This document shows, piece by piece, positions 42,992 through 52,620 of a DNA stretch of 64,000 bases. Location: the NCBI GenBank assembly GCA_910587375.1, contig CAJULR010000022.1, positions 8,431 to 72,430 on the forward strand. Direction: 5' to 3'. The notes under the pieces were generated by a model, which saw nothing but the letters and a program-made list of their open reading frames with translations, was not told where the DNA came from and did no database searches. A program made the position numbers and the translations under genes. Within the stretch, counting starts at the first letter, position 1. Every line of letters starts with the position of its first letter. Origin of the DNA: Candidatus Gastranaerophilales bacterium (GTDB lineage Bacteria > Cyanobacteriota > Vampirovibrionia > Gastranaerophilales > Gastranaerophilaceae).

Positions 42992-44359
42992 CTATGAAGG
43001 CTTTTTCTCATTCACAAAACCTGCTGTTATTGCAGCAAGGATAAGCATTAGGGCGCCCACAAGGAAAGCATGTTCCCAATGGTTATTTAATAAGCCGTTT
43101 TCCATTGTAAACCTTGCCTTATCGATATACCAAGCAAGCAATGTGCATACAAGAACCTGCGGAGCTGCGATGAATATGTTGAATATACCCATAACAGAGC
43201 CTTCCGTGCCGGACTTTATGTATTTTGAAAGCATTGCAAAAGGAAGGGCCAAAGTGCTTGCCCAGCCGATACCTGCAAGTGCCATAGCACTCATAACAGA
43301 AATTTTGTTCGGTAAAAACGCCATTAAAATGTAGGCTAAAGCCATACTTGATAACGCGATAATGTGAACAAATTTGTTTCCTCTGCGCTCTGCCCATTTT
43401 CCGATAGGAATTGCAACAAGGAAGCAAACAAGGTTAAACACTGCAAAACAGATTGATGAAAAATACTGTCCTGCAACCATTTGATCTGCATAAATTTCTT
43501 TTACGTTTCCGCCGATGTTTAAATCAGGTACGCCAAACACGGTGTGCACGGCATATTGCGTGAAGAAAATCATCATACTCATAAGGCCAATCCAGCTGAA
43601 GAATTGCATTGTGCAGATTTTTCCAACTTCAGGAGAAATCTTAAAGAAATCTTTAACATTTTGAACAAATGAAGTTTTTTCTTCCTCTTTTGCAGCTTCT
43701 TTTGCCTCTGCTTTAATTTTTCTTTCTTTTATTGTCATGCAAGTCCAGGTCATAGCAAGGAAGAAAGCAAGCCCTGCCATTGTAAACTGTGCATTTGTGC
43801 TCATATCATACCCAAAAGCATATTTTAAGAAAGGTGCTGTGCCTGCCGCAATAACAGAGCCAAGGCCGATTGCAAAGCTTAAGTATGAATTTGCAAGAGC
43901 GTGCTGTTCTTTTGGAATATTATCCGGGATGAGCGCTCTGTACGGGCCTTGCGCCGCGTTAACACAAGCGTCGATTACCCAAATCATAATGGCCGCAATT
44001 AAAAGCCCAAGCCAAACAGGGGCAGATTCCCCAAAAAGTGCCGCAATGTCGCCGCTTCTTGGAAGCAAGAATAAGCCTATGGCGGCTAAAATTGCCCCGC
44101 CCATTAAGTATGGAACGCGCCTTCCAAAGGGCGTTTGGGTTGCGTCTGATAGTGCGCCTATAATTGGCTGTACAACAATCCCTGTAACAGGGCCTGCAAG
44201 CCATATAAGCCCGAAAATTAAAGGGCTTGCGCCGAGAGCTTCAGTAACAGGGCCTGAGAGGATAATTCTCATCTGCCAAGCAAATTGAAGCCCGAAAAAT
44301 CCTAAACAAAAATTCAGAAGCTGTGCTGTCGTGAATTTTTTCATCTCTTCGTTTGCCAT
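42992..44359 (-). CDS. MFS/GPH-type sugar:cation symporter (SLC45/sucrose-transporter-like)
   Basis: Twelve-TM-like profile. The N-terminal GALSDATQTPFGRRVPYLMGG motif is typical of the glycoside-pentoside-hexuronide/SLC45 group. Confidence 0.85.
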   Translation of the reverse strand: MANEEMKKFTTAQLLNFCLGFFGLQFAWQMRIILSGPVTEALGASPLIFGLIWLAGPVTGIVVQPIIGALSDATQTPFGRRVPYLMGGAILAAIGLFLLPRSGDIAALFGESAPVWLGLLIAAIMIWVIDACVNAAQGPYRALIPDNIPKEQHALANSYLSFAIGLGSVIAAGTAPFLKYAFGYDMSTNAQFTMAGLAFFLAMTWTCMTIKERKIKAEAKEAAKEEEKTSFVQNVKDFFKISPEVGKICTMQFFSWIGLMSMMIFFTQYAVHTVFGVPDLNIGGNVKEIYADQMVAGQYFSSICFAVFNLVCFLVAIPIGKWAERRGNKFVHIIALSSMALAYILMAFLPNKISVMSAMALAGIGWASTLALPFAMLSKYIKSGTEGSVMGIFNIFIAAPQVLVCTLLAWYIDKARFTMENGLLNNHWEHAFLVGALMLILAAITAGFVNEKKPS

Positions 44360-44565
44360 TAAAACCTCCTAACAAAACTTGTCTTAATTGTACCTTAAAC
44401 CGAAGAAAAAGTCATATAGTTTAAAAGAACCGTTTTATCGGAAGAAAAATTTAACCGTTAGGCCTGCAGGTCAGGTTTTAATATGGACATTGTTTAAGCC
44501 GCTTGTCTTAATAAAAATTTCTGATACACTTTGAATTATGTATGGAATGGGTGTAGGATAGGGGT

Positions 44566-45201
44566 GTGATGAATTTATATTTTATAGCAAGTTATATTCA
44601 ACATAGTGGAGATTATTTGGGCGAAAATCCACAGTATGTTTATTTTAACGGTAGTTTGGTTAATTTTACAGGCGCAACTTTGTTATTGACTCTGATTTTC
44701 GGTGTGCTTGGCATTTTAATATGCATTCTTGTTTCAAGTGTGCTACATAAAACACTTATGAATAAAATTACAAAAGAATACCCTTTGGATAAAATCATAT
44801 GCAAGTTCCATCCAACCATTACAACCGCTTTGCCTGCAGAATTTTTTTGTGGTGGTTTTATTGGTGGATATATAATTCCACTACTTCTTTTTAGTGAAAT
44901 AATCCATGTGGATATGGTAACAAGAGAAAATTTAATACTTTATATACTTTTTGGAGCAGCAGCCCTAATGGGCTGCATATTATTTGGAAGCTATACTCTT
45001 GTTTTAACAAATAAAAGAATAATAGGGGTATCTTACGGTGGACTCATCAAAAACACTTTATGCGCTTCTGAAGACATAAAGACTATACAAAAAACTTTTG
45101 GTGGCTGGGAAATTGTACTTAAGAGTGGGGACATTTTACCCTTAAGGTGCCATCCAAAAGCAAAGAAATTTTATGAAAAACTTAAGGATTGGAGTCCGTA
45201 G
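44566..45201 (+). CDS. membrane protein with bacterial PH-like C-terminal region (tentative)
   Basis: Several TM segments. The C-terminus LVLTNKRIIGVSYGG...IKTIQK resembles bPH/YdbT-like motifs. GTG start. Confidence 0.5.
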   Translation: MMNLYFIASYIQHSGDYLGENPQYVYFNGSLVNFTGATLLLTLIFGVLGILICILVSSVLHKTLMNKITKEYPLDKIICKFHPTITTALPAEFFCGGFIGGYIIPLLLFSEIIHVDMVTRENLILYILFGAAALMGCILFGSYTLVLTNKRIIGVSYGGLIKNTLCASEDIKTIQKTFGGWEIVLKSGDILPLRCHPKAKKFYEKLKDWSP

Positions 45202-45204
45202 CTC

Positions 45205-45226
45205 GTAGGTTGGGTTTTAACCCAAC
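45205..45226 (+). repeat. hairpin repeat H2b (gtaggttgggttttaacccaac), intergenic copy
   Basis: Identical to 26127-26148 and to the reverse complement of 7038-7059. It sits between convergent genes. Confidence 0.85.
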
Positions 45227-45272
45227 ACCATTAAACTTGCAACAAAACATCCTGTGATGAAATGCCTGCAAA

Positions 45273-47627
45273 TTACCCTTCAAGCTGGCTTTTCATATTC
45301 CAAATTCCGCAAGGGCAAACCCCTGCGCAAATTCCGCAGCCAATACATTTTTTCTCATCCGAAACGTATGCAAAGCTTGTCGTGCCGTCGGGGTTTGTAA
45401 ATTCAACCCTCTCGATTGCTCCTCTTGGGCAGGATGTAAGGCACATTTTGCAATCTCTGCAGCCGGCGCAGCTTAAACACCTGTTCTTTTCATCTAAAGT
45501 GTCAAGGGCGCAGATTTCACTTTTTCTTAACGTTTTGTAATAAACATCTTTTACTTCGTGCGGTTTTATTTTATTAACGCTCTCTTCCTTGCGGAGCGGC
45601 TTTCCGGTTAATAACCTGTTGATATTCCGCGCAGCGCTTCTGCCTTGGCCTATGCCGTCGCAGAAAAGCCCCTGTCTGATTGAATCTCCGGCAAAGAAAA
45701 CATTCTCCGCTTTTGTGCTTTGGTTAAATTCATTCAACAAAGGCTGGTGCCTTTCGTTTAAAAACCCTTCCGGCACAAAGCTTAAATCGGTTCTATCGCC
45801 GATTGCAATAATTACGCTGTCTGCTTTTAAAAGTCTGCCGTCTGTTAAATATACGCCTTCCTCGGTCACTTTTTCAGTAAAGCAAGGATGCATTATTTTT
45901 GCGCCCAAAGCGCGTGCTGCCTCAATTTCCTTTTCAAAGGCCGCCGGTTTTTGGATGTCAATTGCGGTCACCTGTTTTGCGCCCACTTTGTATGCGCCTA
46001 AAACCACGTCCATTGCTGCGTTTCCGGCCCCTATAACAACAACGTTATTTCCAACAGAGAATTTATTTCCCTTGTTAATTTCTTTTAGAAAATCAAGCCC
46101 TTTTATAATTCTTTCTTTTCCTTCAACAGGCAATACAAAAGGATTTTGGGCGCCGACAGCCACAACAACCGCATCATAATCATCCGCTATGCGTTCAAAT
46201 TCATCCTTGTCGATGTTATAGGATGTGTGAATTTTGCTTTTTGAATCTTCGATTGCACTTTTTAAAATTTCCAATTCAATGTTTAAAATGCCCTGGTTAA
46301 GCCTTTCTTCCGGGATTACCTGTCTTAATTTTCCGCCGATTTCAACATCTTTTTCAAAAATTTCAACCTTATATCCAAGGCGCAATAAATTCCAGGCGCA
46401 AGAGAGCCCTGAAACCCCGCCGCCAATTATTGCAACGGTTTTGTCTTTGGTTTGTGTAAATTCGCCAAGGTCAATGTTTTCAAAAGATTTGACCCCAAGC
46501 TCTGCAACCTTAATTTCTTCATCCACGGCTTTTCTTGAACATGTTTGCATACAAAGGTTTGGGCAAACCTGGCCGCAAACAGACCCCGGGAACGGAGAAT
46601 ATTGATATACAAGGTTTAGAGCCTCTTGAAGCCTTCCTTCCCTTAAAAGCGCCAGGCGTTTTTGGGTTGGAATTGAAACAGGGCAGTCAAATTCACAAGG
46701 GGGCGTTTTTGAATTGTTGTCCCAGGAAGGCACGCGGAGCCTGTTTTCGCCTGTGTTTATAAGGCCTGTAATTTCATTATCAGAACCGAAAAATTCAGAG
46801 AATATCCCGTCTTTTACCCATTTTTGCTTGCGAAATTCGCTTATGGTAAGCTCCGGCACGAATTTTTTCTTATCATAAGGCTTTGCAAGGATTTTTTGCC
46901 ATTTTGAAAAATCCGTCAATTCCTCATAAATTTCAGGTCTTTCAATTTCTGCTAAAAACGTTTTTAAGCCGGAGGTTAAAAAGCTCTTATCTTCTTCATT
47001 TAAGGGGTAAATATCAACATCGGATGTCAACCCTTCAACGTTTCCCCGAACATAAACAACTCCGCCTACCATACCGCAGCAAGAGCGGTTTGAGAGCACT
47101 GATTTTAAATCTTCACATTCATATCCGCAAACAACGGCTTTTCCGCCGCCCATAAATTCAAAACTGAAAGAGCCCGTATTTTTTAACACCCAAAATTCAG
47201 GTTCTTCAAACTTTGGGTCGTGCTTCATTAAGGCGCCGGAGCGGGTTCCGACACGGCCCGCAACATAAATTTTGCCGCCCGCACAACAGTGCGCGGTTGT
47301 ATCCCCGCCATCGCCCAGCACTGTAATTTCAGCCCCTGCATTTAACCAGCCCACATCCGCAGGCGCAGAGCCGTGAACGATGATTTTTGTTCCGACCATC
47401 CCCATAGAACCGACTCTTTGGCCCGGGTTTGTGACATGAAACACAAGCGGTGCACCGTCTTTGGACTTATTTTTTGACCAAAGCGGCCCCCCGATGTCGT
47501 GTTGGCCGGAGGCTAAAATTTTAAATTCGTTAAACCCAAGGTTAATCTTATCGTAGATTAAATCCAGAAGTTCCCTCGTAGAGAGCCTTTTATTATCTTG
47601 TAAACTGTCGATTATGGTTACGTTCAT
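45273..47627 (-). CDS. glutamate synthase component: GXGXG (GltB C-terminal) domain fused to GltD-like NAD(P)H oxidoreductase and a 2x[4Fe-4S] ferredoxin domain
   Basis: The N-terminus carries GQRVGSMG...HGSAPADVGWLNAGAEITVLGDGGDTTA. The middle carries a GltD Fe-S region plus IIGGGVSGLSCA and VIGAGNAAMD dinucleotide folds. The C-terminus carries CLSCAGCRDC...CIGCGICAGVCP. ATG 47627 has AGGAAA upstream. Confidence 0.85.
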   Translation of the reverse strand: MNVTIIDSLQDNKRLSTRELLDLIYDKINLGFNEFKILASGQHDIGGPLWSKNKSKDGAPLVFHVTNPGQRVGSMGMVGTKIIVHGSAPADVGWLNAGAEITVLGDGGDTTAHCCAGGKIYVAGRVGTRSGALMKHDPKFEEPEFWVLKNTGSFSFEFMGGGKAVVCGYECEDLKSVLSNRSCCGMVGGVVYVRGNVEGLTSDVDIYPLNEEDKSFLTSGLKTFLAEIERPEIYEELTDFSKWQKILAKPYDKKKFVPELTISEFRKQKWVKDGIFSEFFGSDNEITGLINTGENRLRVPSWDNNSKTPPCEFDCPVSIPTQKRLALLREGRLQEALNLVYQYSPFPGSVCGQVCPNLCMQTCSRKAVDEEIKVAELGVKSFENIDLGEFTQTKDKTVAIIGGGVSGLSCAWNLLRLGYKVEIFEKDVEIGGKLRQVIPEERLNQGILNIELEILKSAIEDSKSKIHTSYNIDKDEFERIADDYDAVVVAVGAQNPFVLPVEGKERIIKGLDFLKEINKGNKFSVGNNVVVIGAGNAAMDVVLGAYKVGAKQVTAIDIQKPAAFEKEIEAARALGAKIMHPCFTEKVTEEGVYLTDGRLLKADSVIIAIGDRTDLSFVPEGFLNERHQPLLNEFNQSTKAENVFFAGDSIRQGLFCDGIGQGRSAARNINRLLTGKPLRKEESVNKIKPHEVKDVYYKTLRKSEICALDTLDEKNRCLSCAGCRDCKMCLTSCPRGAIERVEFTNPDGTTSFAYVSDEKKCIGCGICAGVCPCGIWNMKSQLEG

Positions 47628-47785
47628 ATATTTTTCCTGTTTCTTTTTTTGGAGTTGTTTTGAGCTGCTGTCGGTCATCCTGTGCCCGTTTGACTACTTT
47701 TGCTAAATCTTTAATTTTGTGCAAAATGTCCGGTTTTTTAGCAGAATCTCAGGATTTTGCAAAATCCTGTTTTTATAACGAAATC

Positions 47786-49429
47786 CTAGCACACATGCTG
47801 AATTCCAAGCCTTTCTGCCACGTTTTTATCCACTGTTACAAGCGCGTCAGACCTTCCGACTGGCAAGCTGGAGTTTCCGATAGGCGCCATAAGCTTTTTC
47901 AGCTCTGTGTGGGTTGCAAGGAAATAATTTACAATGTTTTGCGCAACTTTATCCACATCAAGCCTTTTCATTAATATTGGGTGCTGTGTTGTAAGCCCTG
48001 CGGGGCAAAGGCCCGTATTGCAAGCGTTACATTTCCCCCAATCATTTCCGAGGCACCCTGCAATTTGAAGCATTAAACGGCCCGTAAATACGCCGTTTGC
48101 GCCAAGGCATATCATCTTAAACGCGTCTGCTGCAAGGTTTCCGTTCATTCCTAAACCTCCTGCGGCCCAAAGCGGTATCTGTCCTTGTTTTCCCTGGTGT
48201 ACAGCTGCGTTGTAGCAGTCGCGAAGTCTGGAAACTATCGGATGGCCTGTATGGTCTAATGATGTTTCGTGTGCAGCGCCCGTGCCGCCTGCAATACCGT
48301 CTAAGAAGAAGCCGCCAACGATGTCATACGGGTCACGAAGCAGGTTGTTATATACTGAAACAGATGTAACAGAGGCTGCAACCTTAATTGCCACGGGCAC
48401 TTTAAATTTAAACGCCGCATTCATTGAAAGGAACATTTTTTGAACAGATTCTTCAATTGAATAAAGTCCCTGATGATTAGGCGGAGAGAGCAAATCAGAC
48501 TTTGGAACCCCTCTGATTTCCTGGATGTGTTTTTCAACCTTCTTAGAAAGCAAAAGCCCGCCGTCGCCTGGTTTTGCGCCCTGTCCGATTTTAATCAAAA
48601 TCCCCGCAGGGTCTTCTATCATATCAGGCATTGAATTTATAATTCTGTTCCAGCCAAAATGTCCTGAGGCTATCTGTAAAATCATATATTTCAAGTATTT
48701 TGACTTCAAAAGTTTCTCCGGAACTCCGCCTTCCCCTGTGCACATGCGGATTGGCAGGTTATGAACTTCGTTTAAATAAGCAACAGCAATGCAAATCGCT
48801 TCCCAAAGCCTTGGAGATAGCGCGCCTATTGACATATCGCCTATAATAATAGGGTAAATCCAGCGTGTAGTCGGGATTTTCTTATCGATTTTTAAATTTC
48901 CCGTTTCATCTACGCTAAAAGGCAGGTTTTCAGGCGGAAGCACACGCCCGAAAGGCGCCAAGAGTTCGAAAGTGTGACGTAGAGCGTCTAAAGACGGGTC
49001 TGTCATTTGTGAAATTCTTCCGATTTTAATTTTATCAAGGGTTCTGCCTTCAGTGTGAAGGTTTGTCCTGCCGCCTCTTTTGGGGGATTCAGCGTTTAGG
49101 GCTCTGTATTTTACATTTACTCTGTTTTTGTCGTTAAACACAGGTTTTATCGCTTCATTCGGGCAAACTTTTGCGCAAAGTTCGCACCCTACGCAGTTTT
49201 TAGAGTTCGTTACAATCTGTTTTATAACAGGAACAATAGTTTCAGACACTTGGGGGGTTGGGAAATCTCCTGAAGATGTCACTTTTCTTCTTTTTTGAAC
49301 ATCGGCCTTAATTGCTCCCATTGTGCATACGGCAAGGCATTTGCCACAAAGGGTGCATTTATCCTGATTGTGCTCAATCTGCCATTTTAGGTCAGACTTT
49401 GAAATGCCTGTTATATCTACTGTTTCCAT
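47786..49429 (-). CDS. glutamate synthase FMN-binding (GltB domain 2-like) subunit with N-terminal 2x[4Fe-4S] ferredoxin domain
   Basis: CTLCGKCLAVC and CVGCELCAKVCP clusters, followed by a TIM-barrel glutamate synthase region (GEGG, QGAKPGDGG, GGTGAA). Confidence 0.9.
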   Translation of the reverse strand: METVDITGISKSDLKWQIEHNQDKCTLCGKCLAVCTMGAIKADVQKRRKVTSSGDFPTPQVSETIVPVIKQIVTNSKNCVGCELCAKVCPNEAIKPVFNDKNRVNVKYRALNAESPKRGGRTNLHTEGRTLDKIKIGRISQMTDPSLDALRHTFELLAPFGRVLPPENLPFSVDETGNLKIDKKIPTTRWIYPIIIGDMSIGALSPRLWEAICIAVAYLNEVHNLPIRMCTGEGGVPEKLLKSKYLKYMILQIASGHFGWNRIINSMPDMIEDPAGILIKIGQGAKPGDGGLLLSKKVEKHIQEIRGVPKSDLLSPPNHQGLYSIEESVQKMFLSMNAAFKFKVPVAIKVAASVTSVSVYNNLLRDPYDIVGGFFLDGIAGGTGAAHETSLDHTGHPIVSRLRDCYNAAVHQGKQGQIPLWAAGGLGMNGNLAADAFKMICLGANGVFTGRLMLQIAGCLGNDWGKCNACNTGLCPAGLTTQHPILMKRLDVDKVAQNIVNYFLATHTELKKLMAPIGNSSLPVGRSDALVTVDKNVAERLGIQHVC

Positions 49430-50526
49430 CTTTCAATCCTTAAATTGTTATCAATAATAACGGTTTCTCTTTCGTTCGGGTAAATGTCACTTGCAGCGTC
49501 CCTGTTCGGTAAAACTTCGTTTATGCCGCAAACTTCACTTGTTACGATTACGGTTTTTTCGTCCCTTCCGATTACAACCGGGCGAAGCTTTTTAGAATCG
49601 CAGGTGACTAACATTGTGCCATCCGGAGCCACGCCTATGATTGTGTTTGGGCCGTTTATCTCTAAATGTGCCAAAGAAGCCTTGATTCTGAGCAAAATTT
49701 CTCTGTCTTCCCTTCTTAATATTTCTTCATATTCGAGGGGTGTAATTACGTGTTTAAAATATTTCAAGGGCCATTTTAAAATTTTATTTACATAATGCAG
49801 CGTATACAAAAAGCACTGAGAATCAGACTCAAAGCCTATATAGCCTTTAAATAAATTTTTCTGAAAGAGCTTATTCTTTTCATAGAAAGTGTTTTCGCCA
49901 TTTGCAAGCACCGTATATCCCTGTAAAAAGAACGGGTGAGCGGCATAGCGGACAATGTCATAATTTGTATTTTGGCGACATTGAACGGTTATAATTTTTG
50001 AAACAAAATCGCTGTTTTCCTTGTCCAGGTTGAAATATGTGCCAATGTCTTTCGGGTTTCCAATTTCTTTTAACATCAAAGTATCAGGCCAAAATGAGTA
50101 TACATAGCCATTATCGCCATCTTCAAGAGCTTCTCTTAATTTTAGCCTTGTTTCAAGCAAAAGCTCCTCTTTTTCCTCTGCTGTAGCGTATTTATACATT
50201 TTCGGGTAGTTAAAAACCTCAAAAACATAGTTTGGCATAGGGCAAATATTCAGGTTTTTCGCGGTTTTGTTAATGTCCGGGGTCCACTGCATAAGCCTTA
50301 CAAACCCTGCCTGGTGCAGAATATCCTCTGCAATCCTTATTCCCATATCGGTGCATGCCATTGAAAGAACCGGCAAATCCTTGTAGGGCTCGAATATTCC
50401 GCCTAAATCCTGCATTACAAAAGCAAAGCCCGAATTATCATGGCCTTTTTGCTGAGAGCGCATAAGTTCAAGGGTTTTCGCCGGATGGAAATATTCGCTC
50501 GATTTAATTGCCCCGATACGGCACAT
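49417..50526 (-). CDS. class II (Ntn) glutamine amidotransferase subunit of split glutamate synthase
   Basis: MCRIGA places a Cys directly after the initiator Met, which is the Ntn nucleophile. The gene overlaps the downstream FMN-subunit gene by 13 nt. Confidence 0.85.
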   Translation of the reverse strand: MCRIGAIKSSEYFHPAKTLELMRSQQKGHDNSGFAFVMQDLGGIFEPYKDLPVLSMACTDMGIRIAEDILHQAGFVRLMQWTPDINKTAKNLNICPMPNYVFEVFNYPKMYKYATAEEKEELLLETRLKLREALEDGDNGYVYSFWPDTLMLKEIGNPKDIGTYFNLDKENSDFVSKIITVQCRQNTNYDIVRYAAHPFFLQGYTVLANGENTFYEKNKLFQKNLFKGYIGFESDSQCFLYTLHYVNKILKWPLKYFKHVITPLEYEEILRREDREILLRIKASLAHLEINGPNTIIGVAPDGTMLVTCDSKKLRPVVIGRDEKTVIVTSEVCGINEVLPNRDAASDIYPNERETVIIDNNLRIERWKQ

Positions 50527-50621
50527 ATTTTACCTCACTCATTAAATTGAAAACTTGCGCCACCAAAAGATGTGCGCACAAAATAATCTACCATAAAAAT
50601 TATTTGTAGTAAAATTGATTT

Positions 50622-52619
50622 ATGAAATTTTTATGGAACTTATTAATTATTACGGTGTTTTTTTTCTATGCCCCTGTATGCCTTGGGGCACAAGGCGAAG
50701 GGTCTGAAAAAGATATCATTAGAGTCGGGCTTTCAAATTCAAGCTTTTCAACTTTTGAATTTACTGAAATCACCCTTGTAACAAGTGATACAACCTCCGT
50801 ATCCGATATGTCAAACGGGGCGCAAATTAAGGATATACCAAGGAATACGGAAATTTTTGCCCAAATGAGAAACGGGGAATTTTTCGTTTCTTTTAACGGC
50901 AAAGAAGGTGTTAAAAACGCTAAAGGCCCTATTTTGATTGTATCTAAAGGAAAAATTGGGGTGAAAGGCCTTAACAGGAAGGGAAATCCGGCATATTACA
51001 AGGGGATGATGGAACTTATAAAAGCTTATCCTGAAAACAAGGGAAAGTTTAATATAGTAAATGTTTTGGACTCTCAAACATACTTAAAAGGCGTTGTGCC
51101 AAATGAAATGCCTGTATCATTCGGCTTAAATGCGCTAAAGGCGCAGGCTGTGGCCGCAAGAAACTATGCAAACAGGCCGCAAAACGCGTATAAAAATTAC
51201 GACATTTGTGATTCAACCGCGTGCCAGGTTTATTATGGCGCAAACAGTGAAAACCCGCTCTCTGACAGGGCTGTAGATGAAACACAGGGAATTTTTGCCC
51301 TGTATAATAAAGAACCCGTATTAGCGCTCTATTCCTCCACCGGAGGAGGCATAACCGAAGACTATGAGTGTGTTTACGGCTCCGGCAACAGTAAATTTAA
51401 TCCAAAGCCTTTTTTAAAATCCGTGAAAGACAATGATAGCTTGAAAATTCCAAAATCTGAAGAGGAATTAAAAGAATTTTATACAAACAGCGTGCCATCT
51501 TTTGATATGAAATCCCCAAAACATAGATGGCAAGTGGATTTTAGCAGGTTTGAACTTGAAGATATTTTGACAACGACACTCCGTGAACAATCGGCTAAAA
51601 GCCTTGTATATCCTGCATTTGGACCAAATGATGAAGTTTGGGGCCTAGAGGATATACGTGTTGTAAAAAGAGGGGATTCAGGCAAGGCTATAGAGGTTGA
51701 AATCCGCTCTATGGGCGGAACTTGGCGGGTGAAAAAAGAGCTTGGAATTCGCCGGGTGTTTAAAAAAGGCAAATCAATTTTATGGTCAGGAAATTTTGTT
51801 GTTGAAAAAAATATGCCAAAAAATGAGGAGCAAATCGGGAATGAAATTGCCGATGAAAATATAGCAAAAAATGTCAAAAATTCTAAAGAAAACACTCATA
51901 ATATGCTAGGTAACGAAAAAAAATCAGAAACGACAGGTGTTTTGGAGGATAAAACTCCTTCGAAAGTCCCTGATGACCCTATTTTCACGTTTTTAAAACC
52001 TGAAGATAAAGAACCTGTAATTCAATCGGCCGAAGTTAAAATTGAGAACGGTAAAAAAATTGCATATAAAAACAGGCTTGGAATACCGTTACCGTTGGGT
52101 TTCAGCTTTTACGGCGCCGGATTTGGCCATGGGGTGGGGATGAGCCAATATGGAGCAGGGTATTTAGCCTCTCAGGGTGTGGGTTACGACAGAATTTTAA
52201 AACATTACTACAGCGGAATCACGCTTGGGACAATGCCTCGGGAGGTTTCGTATAACAACTATAATCAAAATTATGTGCAAAATTTGTATGTAGACAATAT
52301 TGAGTCAACAACGGCGGGGGTTTTGCCTTCAAATATAGATGAAAATCCGCTTAAAGAGGAGGTTGTACGTCTATATAATGCCTCAAAAGCCTCTGCTAAG
52401 TATATTTTAAATATTGATAATTCTAAAAGCCCTTCTGAGATTGAGTTCTACGTGAATGATTTTCATTTTACACAGTCTATGAGAGGGTTTTACGGCAAAA
52501 TTTTAAAAATGGATATTACAAAATATTTGAAAAAAGGAAAAAATACAATAACCTTTACGCCTCTAAAGGCCGCAGACAAAGAAAAAATAACCTCTTTTTG
52601 GGTTGAAATAGAGAAATAG
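50622..52619 (+). CDS. large SpoIID/LytB-domain protein (665 aa)
   Basis: Signal peptide. YLKGVVPNEMP...ALKAQAVAARNYA and YSSTGGGITED motifs. A second conserved block GHGVGMSQYGA. An extra C-terminal domain. Confidence 0.8.
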   Translation: MKFLWNLLIITVFFFYAPVCLGAQGEGSEKDIIRVGLSNSSFSTFEFTEITLVTSDTTSVSDMSNGAQIKDIPRNTEIFAQMRNGEFFVSFNGKEGVKNAKGPILIVSKGKIGVKGLNRKGNPAYYKGMMELIKAYPENKGKFNIVNVLDSQTYLKGVVPNEMPVSFGLNALKAQAVAARNYANRPQNAYKNYDICDSTACQVYYGANSENPLSDRAVDETQGIFALYNKEPVLALYSSTGGGITEDYECVYGSGNSKFNPKPFLKSVKDNDSLKIPKSEEELKEFYTNSVPSFDMKSPKHRWQVDFSRFELEDILTTTLREQSAKSLVYPAFGPNDEVWGLEDIRVVKRGDSGKAIEVEIRSMGGTWRVKKELGIRRVFKKGKSILWSGNFVVEKNMPKNEEQIGNEIADENIAKNVKNSKENTHNMLGNEKKSETTGVLEDKTPSKVPDDPIFTFLKPEDKEPVIQSAEVKIENGKKIAYKNRLGIPLPLGFSFYGAGFGHGVGMSQYGAGYLASQGVGYDRILKHYYSGITLGTMPREVSYNNYNQNYVQNLYVDNIESTTAGVLPSNIDENPLKEEVVRLYNASKASAKYILNIDNSKSPSEIEFYVNDFHFTQSMRGFYGKILKMDITKYLKKGKNTITFTPLKAADKEKITSFWVEIEK

Positions 52620-52620
52620 T

